32,000 bases of DNA, from the NCBI RefSeq assembly GCF_000341395.1, contig NC_020304.1, positions 1,650,001 through 1,682,000 of the forward strand. The letters run 5' to 3'. The DNA comes from Desulfocapsa sulfexigens DSM 10523. GTDB lineage: Bacteria > Desulfobacterota > Desulfobulbia > Desulfobulbales > Desulfocapsaceae. Of this stretch, positions 17,307 to 24,812 are shown piece after piece. A program made the translations under genes and the position numbers. The notes under the pieces were generated by a model. That model saw nothing but the letters and a program-made list of their open reading frames with translations, did not search any database and had not been told where the DNA came from. The stretch's first letter is position 1; every line of letters starts with the position of its first letter.

Positions 17307-17990
17307 ATGGCTTATACACATCGCATAGTTCAGCCCAGTAGGATAGAGGGCACCGTCTTTTCAGAATCGGGGGAGCGACTCACCCCGCCGCGAGGCTGGG
17401 CATTTCTTGAGGCAGGAGATGCCGCGGTAACCAGAAGTGTCAAGGCAAAGGGTGAAACCTGGGTGGTACAGATCCGTAAAGGGAGACGGATGAGCACGAG
17501 AGGAATTTGGGCCAGAGAACAGGATATCCATGAATCACGCAAAGAGGTTGAGGCAAAAAAAGCCACTCCCGAGTATGCTAAAAGGCGTTCAGCAGATCTT
17601 GCCAGGCGTTCCCTGAAACAGGAACAGTATCATGTGGATTTTTGCACTGAGGTTATTCAATTCCTTGGCTTTCATCCACGTTACCAGATGGAAGCGGCAT
17701 TTCTTGGAAAAAAGATAAGCGAACATGCCACTCCCGTTGGAAGTGGCACGGTTGCTCGAACTGAACGAATCCCCATAGCTGCACGTGCAGAGGCGGCCAC
17801 TATCGCCTGGATGCGTCATCGGACTACGGCCTATGATTCCATGAGGATTGCCAGAGTGAAAGGTAAAAGAAGGGAAATCCGCAGACAACTAGCGGCGCAA
17901 TCAGTCAAGGTATTGCAGGCATATCGCCAAGGTGATGAACCGGGCGATAACTGTCCTCTACAAAAGGTATTACTGAAAGAAAATATATGA
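17307..17990 (+). CDS. DUF2293-like hypothetical protein
   Basis: C-terminal [51 protein letters not shown] resembles DUF2293. Overlaps the next gene by 4 nt. Confidence 0.7.
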   Translation: MAYTHRIVQPSRIEGTVFSESGERLTPPRGWAFLEAGDAAVTRSVKAKGETWVVQIRKGRRMSTRGIWAREQDIHESRKEVEAKKATPEYAKRRSADLARRSLKQEQYHVDFCTEVIQFLGFHPRYQMEAAFLGKKISEHATPVGSGTVARTERIPIAARAEAATIAWMRHRTTAYDSMRIARVKGKRREIRRQLAAQSVKVLQAYRQGDEPGDNCPLQKVLLKENI

Positions 17991-19279
17991 AATTTGAATC
18001 TCTGGGGCTATCTGCCCCTGTTTTACAGGCCGTTACTGAGGCTGGATACGAAATGCCTACTCCCATCCAGGTTCAGGCAATTCCCGCAGTACTTGAAGGC
18101 AGAGATGTGATGGCTGCTGCTCAGACAGGAACAGGGAAAACTGCAGGTTTTGTCCTGCCCATACTGGAGCTGCTGGTAAAGGGAAACCGGGCTCGGGTGA
18201 ATCAGGCGCGTGTTCTTGTTCTCACTCCTACCCGTGAGCTTGCAGCTCAGATTGAGGCGAGTGTTACGACCTATGGTAAGCATTTAGCTCTTCGTTCCGC
18301 CGTGGTTTTTGGTGGGGTAAAGATCAACCCCCAGATGATGAAGTTGCGTAAAGGGGTGGATATTCTCGTGGCAACCCCGGGCCGGCTTCTGGATCTTCAT
18401 CGTCAGAATGCGGTGAGCTTTAAACAGCTTGAAGTACTGGTTCTTGATGAGGCGGATAGGATGCTGGATATGGGATTTATCCACGATATCCGTAAAATAT
18501 TGGCCGTCTTACCCAGAACCCGGCAAACGCTGATGTTTTCTGCGACCTTTTCAATCGATATTCGGAGCCTTGCAAAAACACTGGTTCGTAATCCTGTTGA
18601 GATTTCGGTCACTCCTCCTAACAGTACCGTTGAGGCCATAGAACACTGGATTGCACCCGTTGATAAAAAACAGAAACCAGCCCTCCTTGCCCATCTGATC
18701 ACTAAACAGAAGTGGGAGAGAGTATTGGTGTTCAGCAGAACCAAACACGGGGCAAATCGGCTCACCGGTTATCTGGAAGGGAATAAAATCACTGCAGCAG
18801 CGATTCATGGCAATAAGAGCCAGAACGCCCGTACAAAGGCTTTGGCTGATTTTAAGGAAGGGCGAATTCGAATCCTGGTTGCGACGGACATTGCAGCACG
18901 CGGCATTGATATTGACCAGCTGCCCCAGGTAGTGAATTTTGATTTACCCAATGTGGCAGAGGACTATATTCATCGTATTGGTCGCACTGGTCGGGCTGGC
19001 TCTGCTGGTCAGGCCATCTCTCTGGTCAGTGCCGATGAGATGCCGCAGCTTGTTGATATAGAACGTCTCCTTAGAAAGCTGCTTGAGCGGAGACTGATAG
19101 AGGGTTTTGAGCCGGTGCATGAGCTGCCTCAGTCACGTCTTGATCTTCGTCCCGTGAAACGAAAAAGACCGAAGAAACCAAAGACAGGACATCTGGATGG
19201 TCAGCGTTCCGGTTCGAATTCTCAAGGGAATCGACCGGCGTGCAGCAGGTCAAAATCAAGATCGAGACATAGGTCGTAA
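17987..19279 (+). CDS. rhlE: DEAD-box RNA helicase, RhlE-like
   Basis: 430 aa; [78 protein letters not shown], basic C-terminal tail. Confidence 0.95.
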   Translation: MKFESLGLSAPVLQAVTEAGYEMPTPIQVQAIPAVLEGRDVMAAAQTGTGKTAGFVLPILELLVKGNRARVNQARVLVLTPTRELAAQIEASVTTYGKHLALRSAVVFGGVKINPQMMKLRKGVDILVATPGRLLDLHRQNAVSFKQLEVLVLDEADRMLDMGFIHDIRKILAVLPRTRQTLMFSATFSIDIRSLAKTLVRNPVEISVTPPNSTVEAIEHWIAPVDKKQKPALLAHLITKQKWERVLVFSRTKHGANRLTGYLEGNKITAAAIHGNKSQNARTKALADFKEGRIRILVATDIAARGIDIDQLPQVVNFDLPNVAEDYIHRIGRTGRAGSAGQAISLVSADEMPQLVDIERLLRKLLERRLIEGFEPVHELPQSRLDLRPVKRKRPKKPKTGHLDGQRSGSNSQGNRPACSRSKSRSRHRS

Positions 19280-19562
19280 TTGGCAGTTGTATGAGAAAAC
19301 GGATACGAATAGATATCGATTACCGTAAGGACTGTTGATGGGGTTTTAAGGACGTGCGGGCACGTCTCAAGAGTATGGATTACGGAATGGAGTTTCATTT
19401 TTTCTGTGTCCCCCATATGGCTGACCGGATGAGAAAACTGGTACCCGAGAGTGGCGGTGAGATCACTAACCGAGATGACCGATCCTATGGTGTGGTGTTA
19501 TCTGTTCGTAAATGTGTATGATAAAAAGACAGCACTTTGTATGAATACAGGAGAATGTCATT

Positions 19563-20540
19563 ATGAATAGTTTTGGCCATATGTTTCGAGTTTCCATTTT
19601 CGGTGAAAGCCATGGTATCCAGATTGGTGTGGTGATCGATGGCTGCCCTCCAGGAATAGCACTTACTGAGGATGATCTTAAAGAAGATTTTGCTCGGCGG
19701 CGTGCTGGTGGTCGTGGCACAACTCCGCGGGTTGAGCCGGATATCCCAAGTATTGTTTCCGGTGTGTTTCAGGGAAAAACAACCGGAGCGCCACTCACCA
19801 TCGTTTTTGAAAACACCAATATTAAATCGGGCGATTATTCTAACCTCTGGGATCAACCGCGACCGGGCCATGCCGATTATACAGCCCAGCAGAAGTACAG
19901 CGGGTATAATGACCCGCGGGGTGGTGGTCATTTTTCAGGAAGGATTACCCTGGGTATTGTGGCAGCAGGGGTGGTTGCCAAGAAGATCCTTGGTTCAGTT
20001 TCCGTCACTGCCACGCTGATCGAGGCGGGTGGCAGTAAAGATATTGCAGCAGCGGTGGAAGCAGCTATTGAGGCTAAAGACTCCATCGGTGGTCTTATTG
20101 AATGTCGCTGTACCAATATGCCTGTGGGGCTGGGGGAACCGTTTTTTGATTCTGCGGAAGCATTGATTGCCCATATGGTTTTTGCCGTACCAGCTACCCG
20201 AGGTATTGAGTTTGGCTCAGGCTTTGCTTCAGCGTCCATGAAGGGCAGTGAACACAATGACTGTATCACCGACGAAGAGGGGAAAACAGCCACAAATAAT
20301 GCCAGTGGCATAAATGGCGGCATCACCAATGGTAATGATATTGTCTTCCGGGTACCTATTAAGCCTACATCAAGCATAGGTCTTCCCCAGGATACCTATA
20401 ATTTTAAAGAAAAATCTGTATCTACCCTTCTTATTGAAGGGCGCCATGATGTGTGTATTGCGATCAGGATTCCAGTGGTTATTGAATGTGCAACTGCCAT
20501 TGTTCTCGCAGACTTGATGCTGCGCGAACGCAGGGGCTGA
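19563..20540 (+). CDS. aroC: Chorismate synthase
   Basis: FGHMFRVSIFGESHG, DDLKEDFARRRAGG, SGVFQGKTTGAPL, RPGHADYTAQQKYSGYNDPRGGGHFSGRITLGIVAAG, REKSVSTLLIEGRHD-like region. Confidence 0.97.
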   Translation: MNSFGHMFRVSIFGESHGIQIGVVIDGCPPGIALTEDDLKEDFARRRAGGRGTTPRVEPDIPSIVSGVFQGKTTGAPLTIVFENTNIKSGDYSNLWDQPRPGHADYTAQQKYSGYNDPRGGGHFSGRITLGIVAAGVVAKKILGSVSVTATLIEAGGSKDIAAAVEAAIEAKDSIGGLIECRCTNMPVGLGEPFFDSAEALIAHMVFAVPATRGIEFGSGFASASMKGSEHNDCITDEEGKTATNNASGINGGITNGNDIVFRVPIKPTSSIGLPQDTYNFKEKSVSTLLIEGRHDVCIAIRIPVVIECATAIVLADLMLRERRG

Positions 20541-20630
20541 TTTGCTTATTTGTTTTCCAGTATAGCCGAAATCCAACGGTATAAGTAATTATTAGCTATA
20601 GTTGTTCATGGAAAATAAATGAAAAAAAGT

Positions 20631-20656
20631 GGGGGTCAAGTCTTCCTTTGACCTTT
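20631..20656 (+). repeat. Left inverted repeat of RAYT-type element
   Basis: GGGGGTCAAGTCTTCCTTTGACCTTT; its reverse complement matches 21644-21669 at 24 of 26 positions. Confidence 0.85.
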
Positions 20657-20677
20657 GAACCGAATGTGTGATATAGT
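20648..20677 (+). promoter_or_regulatory. Candidate sigma70-like promoter of the transposase gene
   Basis: TTGACC (20648-20653), 18-nt spacer, TATAGT (20672-20677). The ATG at 20684 begins 6 nt after the -10 hexamer. Confidence 0.45.
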
Positions 20678-20683
20678 AAAAAT

Positions 20684-21679
20684 ATGTCAAGACCACTACG
20701 TATAGAATATCCAGGCGCCTGGTATCATGTTATGAACCGGGGTAGGCGAAAAGAGAAGATATTCTTTTCGCCAAAGGATTATGAGCTTTTCCTCACCGTC
20801 CTTTATGAAACCGCGGAAATATTTAATCTCAAAGTTTCCGCCTACTGCCTTATGCCTAACCATTATCATCTACTACTCCATACCCCTGATGGTAATATCT
20901 CTCGCTGCATGAGGCACATCAACGGCGTTTATACCCAACGCTTCAATCGAGCAAACAAAAAAGACGGGCAGTTGTTCCGCGGACGTTTCAAGGCTGTCGT
21001 TGTGGATAACGATAATCATCTCCTTGAGGTGTTGCGCTACATCCACAACAATCCATTGCGGGCAGGGATGATTGAAAATGCGGATGATTTCAAATGGAGT
21101 AGTTATAAAGGATATTGTTCCAGGGCCAAAAAGTGGGATTGGTTATATAAGGATTTTTTATTGGCCATGTTTTCTGACAATCAAGGTCATGCCAGGAAGA
21201 TATACCTGGAATTTATGCAGGAACAGGAATCAGAGAAAATTCTAAACTTTTATACGAAGAAAAATTTGTCTTCCATCCTCGGTAATGATGGGTTTAAAGA
21301 TTGGATAAGGGAAAGGTTTCAAGAGTTACGATTTAAGCAAGATATACCTAAATCGAAAGAACTTGGGTTGAGAGGGGATATTATCAGAGAATTGGTGTGT
21401 AAAGAATTCAAGATTGGACATGATGAGCTCATGCATTCAAAACGTGGATCAATGAATCTTTCACGGGATGTGGCCATTTTTCTGCAGAGAAAATATTGCG
21501 GTCAAACCCTTACTGAATTGGGCGTGGATTATAACATTGCCAGTTATAGTAGTGTAAGCAGTGCGTTTGAGAGAACAAAGTTGCGATTGTTAAAAGATCG
21601 GAAACTACAAAGAAGGGTGTCCAAAATTGAAACCAAGCTCAACAAAGGTCAAAGGGAGACTTGCCCCCCCCCCTCTTGA
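20684..21679 (+). CDS. REP-associated tyrosine (Y1, IS200-like) transposase
   Basis: MSRPLRIEYPGAWYHVMNRGRRKEKIFF, AYCLMPNHYHLLLHTPDGNISRCMRHINGVYTQRFNRANKKDGQLFRGRFKAVVVDNDNHLLEVLRYIHNNPLRAG, plus a DnaA-like C-terminal helical region. Confidence 0.93.
   Translation: MSRPLRIEYPGAWYHVMNRGRRKEKIFFSPKDYELFLTVLYETAEIFNLKVSAYCLMPNHYHLLLHTPDGNISRCMRHINGVYTQRFNRANKKDGQLFRGRFKAVVVDNDNHLLEVLRYIHNNPLRAGMIENADDFKWSSYKGYCSRAKKWDWLYKDFLLAMFSDNQGHARKIYLEFMQEQESEKILNFYTKKNLSSILGNDGFKDWIRERFQELRFKQDIPKSKELGLRGDIIRELVCKEFKIGHDELMHSKRGSMNLSRDVAIFLQRKYCGQTLTELGVDYNIASYSSVSSAFERTKLRLLKDRKLQRRVSKIETKLNKGQRETCPPPS
21644..21669 (+). repeat. Right inverted repeat of RAYT-type element
   Basis: AAAGGTCAAAGGGAGACTTGCCCCCC, inverted copy of 20631-20656 and located inside the transposase 3' end. 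Confidence 0.85.
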
Positions 21680-22225
21680 CCTAAATAAGCAAGCAAAATA
21701 TCAATTTCTCTCTTTGCGGGACGAGGCGAATCGACAGACACAATTAGTGTGATAGTCCACTAAGGTACCACTTGTTTGACACCCTTTATCTTTGAATCTC
21801 CGTCATATTATAGAACAATTTAGAGAAAATTAGAACACAAAAAAAACTAGACTTGGGCCAAACTGGGTCAGGTGATTGAGTTTTGCAGATATCACCAAGC
21901 GTATTCCTGAAAAGACCTCCTTGTATTCTTTGAGTACAAAAAAAACTCTATATAATCATATCTCTATCAGTAACGTTTATAGCTCTGCCATTGTTTGCGC
22001 GGAATGATTTTTCATCCCAGATACATATTGAACACGCAATAATAAAAGCACGACAATATTCAGATAAAAGCAAAATTGATTCAGATGGGAACTGTCTGTA
22101 ATCTTAAACACTTTTGCGGCAGGTTGTCATGTACCGTGAGCATTGCCACTTAGTATCCTGCCAGCCCATATCGAACCGTATTACAAGAAGTGTCAGTTCG
22201 GATATAACACAAGTACAGATACAAC

Positions 22226-22741
22226 CTATAGATTTTCAGGAGGATCCGTCAAATCTGGTGGTGTCTTTGCTAGTTTGTTGCGTAAAATCCATATCCCAAC
22301 AGCCAGGAAGAAAAAGAGTATACTGATTCGCAGCTGTGAACGACCCAGTTCTGCAGGTGCCATGATGGGGGGGACAATCAGCTTGCCCCATCTCTTGTGA
22401 ACCCAGAGTGAATATTCCTTCCCCATTTGAAAAGGCTGACTCAGTTGCTTGTCTTGATCGAATGCAAAGTCGGGTGCTTCTAAAATAGTCTCCTTTTCCT
22501 TGTACAAAAATGAGAATACCGGGATCATCCGAGGGGGTGCTTCGGAGTTCTTGGCTGAATGGATTTTGAATTCAATCACTGTAGCGTCTATTGGACTGTA
22601 ATCGCTACTGGTGTCCTCGGTGAAATACATGGTGTTGACACTGGTTCGGAAGAGGTGCCCTCCATTGAATAGAAAGAAGAGAGCAAGAAGGAGCAGGATT
22701 GTTGACTTCTGAGGCTTTTGTTCACTTTGTGCGTTTTCCAT
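22226..22741 (-). CDS. DUF3592-like membrane protein
   Basis: 171 aa; N- and C-terminal TM segments around DATVIEFKIHS...MIPVFSFLYKEKE...FQMGKEYSLWVHKRWGKLIV. Confidence 0.55.
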   Translation of the reverse strand: MENAQSEQKPQKSTILLLLALFFLFNGGHLFRTSVNTMYFTEDTSSDYSPIDATVIEFKIHSAKNSEAPPRMIPVFSFLYKEKETILEAPDFAFDQDKQLSQPFQMGKEYSLWVHKRWGKLIVPPIMAPAELGRSQLRISILFFFLAVGIWILRNKLAKTPPDLTDPPENL

Positions 22742-22989
22742 GGTGCTGATTATTCCACAAATTTGGGATGATTGCTATAAATGATATTCGTGTAATATGG
22801 GAGATTGAATTCCGGGCAATGGTGGTGAGATACAGTGTGGTAGGGGCGAGCCCGCTCCTGTAGGTGAACCTTGTATGCGGATTTGCTGGGCCAATTCCTT
22901 TCGGTCAAACGAAACCATAAGCAACTCTGTCGGCGCTGATTCAGAGGTGACCGGATATGGCGTGGCTTCGCTGGAAGAAATTGAGACGA

Positions 22990-23208
22990 CTATTTGTGAG
23001 TAACAACTCCACTCATTCCCACACAGTCCCTGCAGTATTTCTGGTCAGTGGATTCGCTCTTGCATTCAGGACAGAATTTCTTGCCACAGCTGCGGCAGGC
23101 GTTGAGAGAGGAAGGCTTGACCTCTTTTTCACAGATTTGACAGCGTGTTGTTTCCTTTGTCATAGTGCACCTCTTTGTGGAAGTTTTACGTATTTTATCA
23201 CAAATCAA
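22990..23208 (-). CDS. Small zinc-ribbon protein
   Basis: 72 aa; CQICEKEVKPSSLNACRSCGKKFCPECKSESTDQKYCRDC, four CxxC-type pairs. Start uncertain; ATG at the TKETT segment is possible. Confidence 0.6.
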   Translation of the reverse strand: MICDKIRKTSTKRCTMTKETTRCQICEKEVKPSSLNACRSCGKKFCPECKSESTDQKYCRDCVGMSGVVTHK

Positions 23209-23302
23209 AATGAAGCTGAAAGGTTTTTGGAAAATAGTTGCAAGATTTTACAGAGGTGAAGTCAGTAAGTGAGAAGGTGTAGGAATAATAAAGGAAGAAT
23301 CG

Positions 23303-24367
23303 TTAGCGTTTTTTTAGTGCAGTTAGCAAAGGCACAATCGACAGAATAGCTAAAAGCAGAACTGCCAGCATTGAAATGTATTGAGGAAGAATCTCACTGG
23401 CCTTGCCAACAATGGCTGTTGCGGATATTCCCAGGGACAAGTAGATCATGTCCAGGATCAGGCCACAGATTACTGCAATACTTGCTATGGCAGCAAGGTA
23501 GATTGCCGTGGCTTTTTTGCCTAGAATTCCAAAAAGTACTGACAGAGAAGTTATATTGGTTGCAGGTCCTACAAGCAGAAAGACCAGGGCAGTACCCGGG
23601 CTTACCCCTTTCAGGATAAATGCCGCAGCGACAGGTGTTGATGCTGTGGCACAGATGTACAGCGGGATTCCAAGACAGAGCATAAGGAGCATAGATGATA
23701 ATCCACCTCCAAGATAGCTGCGTATCAGTTCGTCCGGTATAAGAACGGTAATAACACCCGCTGCAATAAGCCCCACAAAAAACCATCCTGCCAGATCCCC
23801 CCATATATCAAAGGCTGCATAACGCAGTCCTGAAGTCAGTCTGTTAATGATTCGTTGATCTGTCTCCGTAGAGTTGGAACATTCTCCTGAACAACCACAA
23901 TTCGATTGGGCAAGCGTTAAAGCCACAGGGCTCTTTTCACGGTCTGGAGGCTGAAATAAATTAATGCCAATACCAGCTACCATTGCAGAAATAAATGCGG
24001 AAACTGGGCGTGCGACTGTCATGATCGGGTCGAGGAGGGCATAGGTGATGGAGATGGAGTCTACTCCGGATTCGGGGGTGGAAATAAGAAATGCGGCTGT
24101 GGCACCTTTATTTGCCCCCTGTTTCTTGAGGGAGGCGGCAGCGGGTAATACTCCGCAGGAGCAGAGTGGAATTGGAATTCCCAATAATGATGCCTTGATG
24201 ACCGAGCTGAAACGTCCACGACCTAGATGTCTGGCAACGTAATCTGCTGAGAGAAACACCTTCAACATTCCACCAATGAGCAGGCCGAAGAGCATATAGG
24301 GTGCCGATTGGACAAGAAGCCACCAGCTTGCCTGAAGTACTTGGGTGAGAAAGGTTATTGCAGTCAT
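23303..24367 (-). CDS. SO_0444-family Cu/Zn efflux transporter / DUF318-type permease
   Basis: 354 aa multi-TM; GIPIPLCSCGVLPAAASLKKQGANKGATAAFLISTPESGVDSI, NCGCSGEC, GIPLYICATASTPVAAAFILKGVSPGTALVFLLVGPATN. Confidence 0.88.
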   Translation of the reverse strand: MTAITFLTQVLQASWWLLVQSAPYMLFGLLIGGMLKVFLSADYVARHLGRGRFSSVIKASLLGIPIPLCSCGVLPAAASLKKQGANKGATAAFLISTPESGVDSISITYALLDPIMTVARPVSAFISAMVAGIGINLFQPPDREKSPVALTLAQSNCGCSGECSNSTETDQRIINRLTSGLRYAAFDIWGDLAGWFFVGLIAAGVITVLIPDELIRSYLGGGLSSMLLMLCLGIPLYICATASTPVAAAFILKGVSPGTALVFLLVGPATNITSLSVLFGILGKKATAIYLAAIASIAVICGLILDMIYLSLGISATAIVGKASEILPQYISMLAVLLLAILSIVPLLTALKKR

Positions 24368-24369
24368 GG

Positions 24370-24753
24370 TTACTCTCTGGTGTGTTTCAACGCTATCAGC
24401 ATAAGTTCATTGATATGATGGTCGTTGAGCCGATAATAGAGTACCTGCCCCTCTCGTCTATTGCTGACCAGATGCAGTTGTCGCAGCATGCGGAGTTGAT
24501 GGCTCACTGCAGACTCTGAAACCTTAAGAAAAGCTGCTATGTCACAGACGCACATCTCCTCCTTTTCAAGGGCCCAGAGGACTTTTAAACGATTGGCATC
24601 TCCCATGGCTTTGAAAAGCTGTGCCATATGCAGATTTTCATGTTCTGGCAGGGCATGTGCAGTTGCATCTGAAACGCGAGATTCATGAATACATCTGCAG
24701 TTGCAAAGGTCTTTTAAGTTTTCTTCAGAGGGCATTTTTCTAATCCAATTCAT
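24370..24753 (-). CDS. ArsR/SmtB-family metal-responsive repressor
   Basis: 127 aa; CNCRC near N-term, LFKAMGDANRLKVLWALEKEEMCVCDIAAFLKVSESAVSHQLRMLRQLHLVSNRREGQVLYYRLNDHHINELMLIALKHTRE. Confidence 0.92.
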   Translation of the reverse strand: MNWIRKMPSEENLKDLCNCRCIHESRVSDATAHALPEHENLHMAQLFKAMGDANRLKVLWALEKEEMCVCDIAAFLKVSESAVSHQLRMLRQLHLVSNRREGQVLYYRLNDHHINELMLIALKHTRE

Positions 24754-24794
24754 TTTATTATATGATCATTTGTTCATATAATAAAATGAATTGG
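24745..24794. promoter_or_regulatory. Perfect 21-bp inverted repeat with 8-nt loop (candidate ArsR operator/hairpin)
   Basis: CCAATTCATTTTATTATATGA-TCATTTGT-TCATATAATAAAATGAATTGG; arms 24745-24765 and 24774-24794 are exact reverse complements and overlap the ArsR start codon (24751-24753). Confidence 0.9.
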
Positions 24795-24812
24795 CAAAAA
24801 AGCAAGGGAAAT

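Larger units (their letters stand above)
20631..21680 (+). mobile_element. RAYT/IS200-related single-gene element (approximate boundaries)
   Basis: Y1 transposase gene bounded by near-identical inverted repeats that each sit within GGTCAA...TTGACC hairpins. Confidence 0.7.

Noticed and set aside
19387-19521. 44 aa plus-strand ORF (MEFHFFCVPHMADRM...) upstream of aroC
   Set aside because: Too short, with no motif or clear RBS; weak support.
20542-21692. Outer 10-bp inverted repeat TTGCTTATTT / AAATAAGCAA flanking the RAYT element
   Set aside because: Short and AT-rich. It might mark an outer boundary or be part of a terminator, but is not strong enough alone.
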